DNA of 20,418 nucleotides from a virus: UHGV virus genome UHGV-0101751; one strand, 5' to 3'. Shown piece by piece: positions 1 to 7,253 of this stretch (position 1 is its first letter; each line of letters starts with the position of its first letter). The notes under the pieces were generated by a model. It saw only the letters and a program-made list of their open reading frames with translations, ran no database searches and was not told where the DNA came from. The position numbers and the translations under genes were made by a program.

Positions 1-54
1 AAGGCCTTTGAATAAGACAAAAGGCTGCCTCATCGCTAACTTTGCAACAGTGCC
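1..54 (+). mobile_element. IS26 (IS6 family) right-end fragment; the IS body lies upstream of the window
   Basis: Positions 1-54 match the last 54 bp of IS26 as I recall it (AAGGCCTTTGAATAAGACAAAAGGCTGCCTCATCGCTAACTTTGCAACAGTGCC), ending in the 14-bp terminal IR TTTGCAACAGTGCC. The exact reverse complement sits at 20365-20418. Confidence 0.85.
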
Positions 55-254
55 CTTTTATCTCTCATAACCACCAGCGTCGATGCCGCCGGAGATTGGT
101 ATTTGAATATTCTGGCCTGCGGTGCTGGCTTTGCCTCAGAGACAGGAATAGGACGAGATTGACATGCAGTGATAAGTAACGCGGAGGCAGCAACCAGAGG
201 AAGTAATACGTGTTTCATTGTACCGAACAAAATCCTTATCTTTACGAAAATCAT
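36..254 (-). pseudogene. Lipoprotein gene fragment, 3' end replaced by IS26 sequence
   Basis: The ORF encodes a typical lipoprotein signal peptide with lipobox (MKHVLLPLVAASALLITAC). The reading frame runs across the IS26 junction at 54/55 and stops inside IS26, so the native C-terminus is missing. The likely true start is the internal Met at 216-218. Confidence 0.4.
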
Positions 255-272
255 GGCGCCTCAAGGCGCCAT
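253..272 (-). terminator. Short GC-rich hairpin (8-bp stem, 4-nt loop) just downstream of the 278-556 gene
   Basis: ATGGCGCC-TCAA-GGCGCCAT is a perfect palindrome; on the minus strand it is followed by GATTTTCG. The U-tract is weak. Confidence 0.25.
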
Positions 273-277
273 AATGC

Positions 278-556
278 TCAATCGAGGCGTTTTAGAATAT
301 CGGCCAGATCTTCTTTGGTCATACCCGAGTTTTCGTAAATCTTCATGACCTTTTCACGAGCCTTTGCAGTAGTCTCTAATGACGTAGCTATCTTATCAAA
401 ATCACCCATCGTCATATTGGACAGCACCAGATTGATGATGTCTGCCTTTGACAGTTTTATGCTGCGTTCACGCAGTCGATTCTGAAAGGTCTCTAGTTTA
501 TCGTTTGCTTTTTCGGTTAACTGAACCTGGCAGTGTATAGCGCGTTTCTCGCTCAT
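278..556 (-). CDS. Hypothetical small protein (92 aa), translationally coupled to the upstream helicase
   Basis: Its start codon lies 2 bp after the helicase stop, with a GAGAG Shine-Dalgarno inside the helicase 3' end. No family recognised. Confidence 0.55.
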   Translation of the reverse strand: MSEKRAIHCQVQLTEKANDKLETFQNRLRERSIKLSKADIINLVLSNMTMGDFDKIATSLETTAKAREKVMKIYENSGMTKEDLADILKRLD

Positions 557-558
557 GC

Positions 559-2118
559 TTACTCTCTATTCAAAACAGTGAAATCGAATGTGCTGCCAAC
601 CGGCAAGACCCCCTCGGCAAACCCAGGCGTCGTGTCGATAATGTGTTTCCGCTCATATGAATGCGACATGAGGTATTTGTTGCTCACGTCGATGAAGTCG
701 GTAATAAAGCACACGTTAGCCTGATTCTTTTTGGCTCGAAGACCGCGACCCACACGTTGACGCATCTCCACTTCGGCTTTGCCGCCACCACCCAGAATCA
801 CCGCGCCTACGCTTGGAACGTCGACACCAACATCCAGAATGGTTGAACCAATGAGAACATCTATCTTGCCTGCCGCCAGACTATTAAGTTTTGCTTGTCG
901 GGTAGTCTGGTTTGATTCTCCGTAGATGAAATCGACCTTCAGGCCACTCTCTTTCATCATTTCCATCAAGATCTGACCATGACGCTTCAGACGAACCAAT
1001 GTCATACAGTTCAGACCGTGACTCTTGTACATTAGCGCTTCACGCACAATAGCTTCGTTGCGGCCCAGATTATAGACGATGCCTAACTGATAGGCTTTCT
1101 GGTAAGCCGTGCTCATTCCAACCCGAAAATTCAGGTGTTTTGAAGCAAGTTCGGCTCTAATCCGCGCCTCATCTGGAGTGTACGCGATTTTATGATATAA
1201 AAAGTATGGTTTCGCTAAAATACCTCTGTCGATCAAATATTTCTCCGTTACTTTTATCTCGATGCGACCCGCAACGGCCATGAGACGCATATTTGCTTCA
1301 GTCGAGTCCTTCATGAACGGCGTAGCTGTCAGCGCCAGACGGTAGTCGGCATTGATGCACAACCGGGCGATGTCGTAGAAGTTAGAACCAGATGATTCGT
1401 GTGCCTCTTCCAGAATCAGCAGAGAAACGCTGGACAGGAAGCGTTTAACCAGTTCCCGGCGCTTCAGGTGGTACTGTTTTTTCTCCGGTGATGCGTCGCG
1501 CGGTGGCTCTTCGAGAAAACTGGCCAGGGTCTGCACCGTGGCAACGTTGATATGGCGCGAGACCTGGAACTCACCCGATCCAATCACCCCAACTCTCTGA
1601 CCTTTCAGCCACGGCTCGCCATTCTCCGCGCGGTAGTCGATGGATTTCTGGAAGTTCTCTGCCATCTGGAACATCAGAACCGATCGCGTGGTTAAAAACA
1701 GCGTCATACGACCAATGCGAGCAGCAGCCTTACACGCTACGTTCGATTTACCGCCACCCGTCGCAATCTGGGCAATCATCATCCCTTCGCGCACCAGTGT
1801 TTCCACTGTCTGATCCTGATACGCGTAGTCCGGGTTATACGGGAATGGGTTAACCACCGGATTCGGCTTACCCAGCGCGGGAGCTTTTTCCTTGCGAACA
1901 TGCACGCATTTGATGCCAGCTTTCAGAAGATTGGTCGCAACTGGCTTCGCAAACCCAGCCGGGAACGCGTTTTTACTCCAGTTGAACATCGTGCTGGTCC
2001 CTTTCCAGTCACCAGCCTCCACTTCATAGCTCAACATCTCCTGAACAAGCCGTTTCACGTTGTCATCAGCGCCAGAAATCAGCGCATTGACTGCATTTGA
2101 TACAATCCGAACAGTCAT
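559..2118 (-). CDS. Superfamily-2 DExH-type helicase (519 aa)
   Basis: Helicase motifs are visible in the translation: motif I ATGGGKS, motif II LILEEAHE, motif III LTATP, motif VI QRVGRGLR. An AGGAAAGAGG Shine-Dalgarno precedes the start. Confidence 0.85.
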   Translation of the reverse strand: MTVRIVSNAVNALISGADDNVKRLVQEMLSYEVEAGDWKGTSTMFNWSKNAFPAGFAKPVATNLLKAGIKCVHVRKEKAPALGKPNPVVNPFPYNPDYAYQDQTVETLVREGMMIAQIATGGGKSNVACKAAARIGRMTLFLTTRSVLMFQMAENFQKSIDYRAENGEPWLKGQRVGVIGSGEFQVSRHINVATVQTLASFLEEPPRDASPEKKQYHLKRRELVKRFLSSVSLLILEEAHESSGSNFYDIARLCINADYRLALTATPFMKDSTEANMRLMAVAGRIEIKVTEKYLIDRGILAKPYFLYHKIAYTPDEARIRAELASKHLNFRVGMSTAYQKAYQLGIVYNLGRNEAIVREALMYKSHGLNCMTLVRLKRHGQILMEMMKESGLKVDFIYGESNQTTRQAKLNSLAAGKIDVLIGSTILDVGVDVPSVGAVILGGGGKAEVEMRQRVGRGLRAKKNQANVCFITDFIDVSNKYLMSHSYERKHIIDTTPGFAEGVLPVGSTFDFTVLNRE

Positions 2119-2182
2119 AAACCTCTTTCCTTCGTGCCTTTTGTATGGTAATTGGCTATTATGTTAAGTAAGTGCTTACACA

Positions 2183-2611
2183 ATGTATCGTATCAAAAAT
2201 ATGGATGTGAAAATTACGATTCTACAGGTGGAAGTCGCGAACCTGCGTCCGAACCCCTGGAATACCAACTCCGTTGGGGCGCAAAACTTCGAAAAACTGA
2301 AAGGTTCCATCGAAAAGTTGGGCTTTTTTAAGCCAATTCTGGCGCGAGAGCTGGACGGCGGCATTTTTGAGATTCTCGGTGGCGAACATCGCTGGCGTGC
2401 CGCGATGGAGCAGGGCATTTCAACGGTTCCCGTCATCTCCGTGGGCAAAATTAACGACCTGGTGGCCAAACAGATGTTCCTCGTCGACAACGAGCGCTAC
2501 GGCGAAGACGATCAGGTCGCTTTGCAGCGCTTAATCGAAGAAATCCAGTCTGAAATCGACTACCGGTTACCCGAAACTGCTGCTGGCGCCTCGCCATCGC
2601 ATGTTTCCTAA
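2183..2611 (+). CDS. ParB/Srx-like N-terminal (nuclease-type) domain protein (142 aa)
   Basis: ParB N-terminal domain signature ILARELDGGIFEILGGEHRWRAA. Divergently arranged from the helicase operon. The start is uncertain because no clear Shine-Dalgarno is present. Confidence 0.65.
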   Translation: MYRIKNMDVKITILQVEVANLRPNPWNTNSVGAQNFEKLKGSIEKLGFFKPILARELDGGIFEILGGEHRWRAAMEQGISTVPVISVGKINDLVAKQMFLVDNERYGEDDQVALQRLIEEIQSEIDYRLPETAAGASPSHVS

Positions 2612-3251
2612 GCTGAAGCCAACCACCAATACCACCGTGGCCAACCAGTATTGGGGGCGGTACGTGAACAACAACTTTGCGGTGATCAGCCGTTCCGTTG
2701 TGGACACTCAGTACCGCGGTGTCGGCGTCTCCTATCGAATGATTAACCTGGTTAGCAGGATGCACGACCGGCCAATCATCGAGATCCAGTCGTCGATGAG
2801 CAAATACAACCCGTTCGCCATGAAAGCAGGGTTCCAGTTCATCCGTCCGGAGCGTCCGAAGAGCTATGAGAGTGCGTTGCGCGTCTTCCAGCGTCATTTC
2901 CGTTCCGACCCTGGCGACAACGAAGCGATCGTCAAAGAGCTGTTTGCCATGAGTGAGTCTCGCCGTCGTCGTGCGCTGCGTGATCTGGTCGCTGACTACC
3001 ACAAGAACAGTTCCCTGGCCAAAGCCGGGCGTAATCGTGGCACGACGATTCAGGACATTGCCGACAGCCTGGTGGACGAGGCCAGCATCGTGAAGCTGCT
3101 CAAGGACATTCACAACCTGAGCTTCACGTCTCCGCTGTATGGCGTGTACCGAAACCCGGACTTTGGTCGTCAGCTGCCGGACACGCTGCCACTGCTGGCA
3201 TTCGACAAACAGCCTTTGAATAAACCTCTTGAAATTGCATTACCGGCATAA
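2601..3251 (+). CDS. Hypothetical protein with GNAT-like motif fragments; overlaps the upstream ORF by 11 nt in another frame
   Basis: Motifs YRGVGVSYRMINLV and YNPFAMKAGFQF resemble GNAT motif A and the C-terminal GNAT strand. The frame is open from 2535 before the first ATG at 2601, so this may be the continuation of the 2183 gene after a frameshift. Confidence 0.45.
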   Translation: MFPKLKPTTNTTVANQYWGRYVNNNFAVISRSVVDTQYRGVGVSYRMINLVSRMHDRPIIEIQSSMSKYNPFAMKAGFQFIRPERPKSYESALRVFQRHFRSDPGDNEAIVKELFAMSESRRRRALRDLVADYHKNSSLAKAGRNRGTTIQDIADSLVDEASIVKLLKDIHNLSFTSPLYGVYRNPDFGRQLPDTLPLLAFDKQPLNKPLEIALPA

Positions 3252-3260
3252 GGATTTGCC

Positions 3261-3527
3261 ATGACGTTGACCGACAAACAAAAAGACATCATCAAAACCA
3301 TCAATTTAGGCCATGAGCGTGGGCATCTGCTCGATCTGGACGAGCTGCTTGAAGTGCTGCCGTACAAAACGACCAAACAGAGTATGCAGTTCTCTATCCG
3401 CGCACTGGTGAAAAAGGGGCTGGTGGAGAAAGGAATGTGCCGCCAGCGCGGTGATTCCGGCTACCACCGTCGCACGCTGGGACTGACCACGTTAGGTCGT
3501 GCCAGAGCCAAATTACTGGTGATGTAA
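3261..3527 (+). CDS. Small putative DNA-binding protein (88 aa)
   Basis: AAGGA Shine-Dalgarno; basic, helix-rich sequence (SIRALVKKGLVEKG) suggestive of a winged-helix fold. Assignment by composition only. Confidence 0.45.
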   Translation: MTLTDKQKDIIKTINLGHERGHLLDLDELLEVLPYKTTKQSMQFSIRALVKKGLVEKGMCRQRGDSGYHRRTLGLTTLGRARAKLLVM

Positions 3528-3548
3528 GTCGGTCTGGGAGCCAGTTTG

Positions 3549-3611
3549 AGAGCCTGCTTCCGTATATATAAATACTAAGTGACTTATTAAATATATACGG
3601 AAGCAGGCTCT
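3549..3611. repeat. Perfect 21-bp inverted repeat with 21-nt AT-rich loop
   Basis: 3549-3569 (AGAGCCTGCTTCCGTATATAT) pairs base-for-base with 3591-3611. The loop contains the palindrome TAAGTGACTTA. No U-tract follows on either strand. Confidence 0.9.
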
Positions 3612-3640
3612 GAATACTCCCCAGCCCGGTTTTAAACACC

Positions 3641-3686
3641 CAGAAAACAAATTGGTTAGGCACTGAATTAAACAAGTTGTTTAGGA
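3641..3686 (+). promoter_or_regulatory. Two copies of the GAAAACAAnTTGTTTA palindromic motif upstream of the terminase genes
   Basis: CAGAAAACAAATTGGTTAGG at 3641-3660 is slightly degenerate; TTAAACAAGTTGTTTAGG at 3668-3685 is perfect. Near-identical copies occur at 9511-9528 and 12441-12458, each 20-45 bp upstream of a start codon. Confidence 0.5.
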
Positions 3687-3722
3687 GCGCAAGGATGCGC
3701 TCTGAGTGTTTTAGAGGGATCT

Positions 3723-4364
3723 ATGACTATAGAAAAAGACGAGAGCAAAACTCGCCTGACACCAGCTGAGTGGGCAGAAGCCGAAGCGAAGTGGACTTCC
3801 GGCGAATACACACTCTCCAAGCTGGAGGAAGAGTACGGCATTCGTCGTGAAACGCTCTCCAGACATTTCAAAAAGCGTGGATTAGAGAAAGGCGCGGACT
3901 CCGTTGGGAAGATGGTGCGCGAGTCGCTCAAATCCGACGCAGAGCTGCGTGCGAAGGCGCGTGCAGAGAAAATCGAAGAGCGCCGGACTCGTTACGACGA
4001 TTGGGCGTTCGCACTCGGTCGTATGGTGATGCATGAGGTGGCCATAGCCAAGAAGGACGGCAGGCCACTGGCAGCCATCGAAGATGACCTGAAGAGTCTC
4101 CAGCGTGCCAGCGGCACACTCGCTAAGTGCTTCGAAATATCGTCGAAAGCGCTCGGTATGGATCGCGTGGAGAACGAGGACGACGAAATCCCGAACCTGG
4201 TATTTGGCGAACTTACGCCTTCCCAGGTGGCGCAGCTGCGTAAGGAAGATGATGAGCCGGATCTGATTGATGACGATCTGCTTGAGTCACTCGAAGAGGA
4301 AGCACTGAGCGAAGCTGAGGGCGATTCTGAAGCGTCTGGTGATGAAAGTGATGGGAGCGTCTGA
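3723..4364 (+). CDS. terS: Terminase small subunit (213 aa), putative
   Basis: N-terminal helix-turn-helix-like region and highly acidic C-terminus. Its stop overlaps the start region of the large terminase. Confidence 0.55.
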   Translation: MTIEKDESKTRLTPAEWAEAEAKWTSGEYTLSKLEEEYGIRRETLSRHFKKRGLEKGADSVGKMVRESLKSDAELRAKARAEKIEERRTRYDDWAFALGRMVMHEVAIAKKDGRPLAAIEDDLKSLQRASGTLAKCFEISSKALGMDRVENEDDEIPNLVFGELTPSQVAQLRKEDDEPDLIDDDLLESLEEEALSEAEGDSEASGDESDGSV

Positions 4365-4366
4365 CT

Positions 4367-5623
4367 ATGGCCATCCCGTCGTCTCTGAGTCTCGTACAGC
4401 TGCATTCTGGGCAGATGCAAGTCTTCCAGTCGCCACATCGTTTCAAAGTGGTGTGTGCGGGTCGACGCTGGGGTAAATCCCGGTTGTCGATCTCCACCAT
4501 CATCCGCGCGGCAGCCAAAGAGAAGAAGCAACGTGTCTGGTATGTCGCACCGACTTACCAGATGGCTCGCCAGATCTTGTGGGATGACCTGCAGGAAGTT
4601 CTGCCGCGCAAATGGGTTCGTAAGAAAAACGACACCACGATGACCATCGTGCTGAAGAACGGCTCTGAAATCGCGCTGAAAGGTGCGGATAAGCCCGATA
4701 CGCTTCGTGGTGTGGCACTGCACTTTGTGGTGCTCGATGAATTTCAGGATATGAAGCCTGACACCTGGTACAAGGTACTGCGTCCGACACTGTCCTCCAC
4801 CCGTGGCGGTGCGCTGATCATCGGTACGCCAAAAGGCTTCTCCGAGTTCCACAAGCTGTGGACTATCGGTCAGAACAAAGATTTGCAACGCAAGGGGCAG
4901 TGGAAGAGCTGGCAGTTCGTTACGGCCGATTCTCCGTTCGTACCGAGCGCGGAAATCGAAGCAGCGAAGAACGATATGGACCCTAAATCGTTCGCACAGG
5001 AATACCTGGCCAGCTTCGAAAACATGTCCGGACGCGTTTACTACCCGTTCGACCGCAATGTGCATGTGAAGCCACTCCAGTTCAATCCGAAACTGCCGAT
5101 CTGGGTTGGTCAGGACTTCAACATCGACCCTATGTCATCGGTCATCCTGCAACCGCAGCCAAATGGTGAACTGTGGGCTGTGGACGAATTGGTATTGTTC
5201 TCTTCTAACACGGCTGAAGTGTGTGACGAGCTGGAGCGTCGATACTGGCGCTGGAAATCTCAGGTCACTATCTTTCCTGACCCGGCAGGTGCGTATCGCC
5301 AGCACGCACGCGGCGAATCTGACGTCGACATCTTCAAAGAGAAAGGTTTCCTTCGAGTCGATTATCCGAAGAAGCACCCGCCGATCGCAGACCGTGTTAA
5401 CGCAGTGAACCGCATGTTGATGAGTGCCTCGGGCGAAACCCGGTTGTACATCGATCCGAAGTGCAAACACCTCATCGACTCGCTGGAGAAGGTGATCTAC
5501 AAGCCAGGCTCACGCGATATGGATAAGACTGGCGGCATCGAACACAGTGCGGATGCGTTGGGTTATCCGGTTCATCGTAGGTATCCGGTGAAAAATCGTG
5601 TTATTCTTGGTGGATCTAGATAG
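4367..5623 (+). CDS. terL: Terminase large subunit (418 aa)
   Basis: Walker A-like AGRRWGKS and Walker B-like HFVVLDE in the N-terminal ATPase half; D/E-rich C-terminal nuclease-like half. GGAG Shine-Dalgarno. Confidence 0.8.
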   Translation: MAIPSSLSLVQLHSGQMQVFQSPHRFKVVCAGRRWGKSRLSISTIIRAAAKEKKQRVWYVAPTYQMARQILWDDLQEVLPRKWVRKKNDTTMTIVLKNGSEIALKGADKPDTLRGVALHFVVLDEFQDMKPDTWYKVLRPTLSSTRGGALIIGTPKGFSEFHKLWTIGQNKDLQRKGQWKSWQFVTADSPFVPSAEIEAAKNDMDPKSFAQEYLASFENMSGRVYYPFDRNVHVKPLQFNPKLPIWVGQDFNIDPMSSVILQPQPNGELWAVDELVLFSSNTAEVCDELERRYWRWKSQVTIFPDPAGAYRQHARGESDVDIFKEKGFLRVDYPKKHPPIADRVNAVNRMLMSASGETRLYIDPKCKHLIDSLEKVIYKPGSRDMDKTGGIEHSADALGYPVHRRYPVKNRVILGGSR

Positions 5624-5638
5624 GTAAGTACTTACCTA
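5621..5638. repeat. Perfect 18-bp palindrome TAGGTAAGTACTTACCTA between terL and the portal gene
   Basis: Read directly from the sequence; it overlaps the terL stop codon and belongs to the TAAGT/ACTTA palindrome family. Confidence 0.85.
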
Positions 5639-5656
5639 AGTGGAAAGGAAAATCAA

Positions 5657-7231
5657 ATGGAATTGACTGACAAGCAAATCAAAGACCTTGTGGCACGACG
5701 CCACCCTGAATATGAGAAGAAAAAAGAACATTGGGACTTCCTCGCCAGCACCTACGCTGGCGGGCGTGCCTGGTTCAACGACAATATCTTCCGTTACTTC
5801 AAAGAGGGCGATCAGGAGTTCAAAGAGCGCCTGGAACGCGCTTATCGCTTCAACCATACGCGCGAAGTGGTAAACCTCATCAACAAATACCTCTTCAAAG
5901 AGGTCATTCACCGCAACACTGATGAAGCACCGGAGCAGATCCGCAATTTCTGGAAGCGAGCCACGCGCCAGAACGCCTCCATCGATGCGTTTATGGCGGC
6001 TATCGATCTGCAATCATCCATTTATGGCCGTATCTGGGTTGTCGTGGATAGCACGATGAACGTCGATGTTGAGTCTGTTGCAGACGAGAAGAAAAATGAT
6101 GCGCGTGCCTACGCTTACTGGATTTCGCCGCAGCAGCTGCTTGATGTTGCCTGGGATGAAGACGGCAATATGTTGTGGGCGCTGATTGTTGAAATCGCGC
6201 GCGACGACGAAGATCCGTTCACTTCAACCGGGCAGGAATACCAGCGTTACCGTCTGTGGACGCAAAACGAGTGGTATCTGTTCCGTGAAGAAGTGAAGAA
6301 GGGTTCCGGAAATAGCGGTCGCCGTCAGGCCAAAGTCGTTCTGGAGGATAGCGGCCAGCATAATCTGGGCGTGGTGCCGGTGTTCCCGGTGGATTGCATT
6401 GGTGAAAGCGAGTCTCCGTATTTTAGCCCGTCGTTGATTGACGATATTGCCTATCTTGATCGCGCCGTGGCCAACTACCTGTCGAACCTTGACGCGATTA
6501 TTCAGGATCAGACATTCAGCCAGTTAGCGATTCCGGTTCAGTCCCTGCTGCCGGGCGATGAAAACCACACCAAAGTGCTCGAAATGGGGACAAAACGTGT
6601 CTTCACCTTCGATTCTGAGAGCGGTAATCAGCCATTCTATCTGTCTCCAGACCCGAAACAGGCTCAGATGATCATCACCACGATTAAGACGGTGATTAAT
6701 GAGATCTACCATTCCGTTGGTGTGGCTGGTGAGCGAACCAAGCAGGATAACGCGCAGGGTATCGACAACTCTTCGGGGGCAGCGAAGATGTACGACTTCC
6801 AACGTATTAACAGTCTGTTGGTGACAAAAGCAGAGCGCCTCGAAAGGGCAGAACGCCAAATGATGGAGTTGGCTGCGAAATGGATGGGCATCGAATTGGA
6901 TGAAGACCACTCTCTGATCGCTTACCCGGAGAGTTTCGATATTCGTGGTCTGACTGACGAATTTGCCGTCGCTGAGAAATTGTCGCTGTTACAGGCGCCT
7001 GATTCTGTACGTCGTCATCAGATGGAAATGCTCATAGAAAAGATCTTCCCGAATATTTCCGAAGCGATGCAAAAGGAATTTAAAAAAGATCTCTTGAAAT
7101 TTCCTCTAAAAAATGCTCCTGGCGCCCTTGAAAATAAGTCAGTACTTACTTATGATTGCGATACAGTCCAAGAAAGCGGACAAGATCAACCCCGAGGGAA
7201 TGGGGACTCATCTACTCAAGAGACCGAGTGA
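5657..7231 (+). CDS. Portal protein (524 aa), putative
   Basis: Size and position immediately after terL, with an AGGAAA Shine-Dalgarno. No unique motif checked. Confidence 0.6.
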   Translation: MELTDKQIKDLVARRHPEYEKKKEHWDFLASTYAGGRAWFNDNIFRYFKEGDQEFKERLERAYRFNHTREVVNLINKYLFKEVIHRNTDEAPEQIRNFWKRATRQNASIDAFMAAIDLQSSIYGRIWVVVDSTMNVDVESVADEKKNDARAYAYWISPQQLLDVAWDEDGNMLWALIVEIARDDEDPFTSTGQEYQRYRLWTQNEWYLFREEVKKGSGNSGRRQAKVVLEDSGQHNLGVVPVFPVDCIGESESPYFSPSLIDDIAYLDRAVANYLSNLDAIIQDQTFSQLAIPVQSLLPGDENHTKVLEMGTKRVFTFDSESGNQPFYLSPDPKQAQMIITTIKTVINEIYHSVGVAGERTKQDNAQGIDNSSGAAKMYDFQRINSLLVTKAERLERAERQMMELAAKWMGIELDEDHSLIAYPESFDIRGLTDEFAVAEKLSLLQAPDSVRRHQMEMLIEKIFPNISEAMQKEFKKDLLKFPLKNAPGALENKSVLTYDCDTVQESGQDQPRGNGDSSTQETE

Positions 7232-7253
7232 TAAGTAACGAAAAGGTATTTCT

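Noticed and set aside
168-181. Exact 14-bp direct repeat AGTGATAAGTAACG at 168-181 and 7227-7240
   Set aside because: One exact 14-mer pair is roughly what chance predicts for a 20-kb window read on both strands, and one copy lies inside coding sequence.
3992-5065. Long antisense ORF (357 aa) opposite terS and terL
   Set aside because: It is low-complexity and Ser/Arg-rich, lacks a ribosome-binding site, and lies opposite genes with clear terminase motifs.
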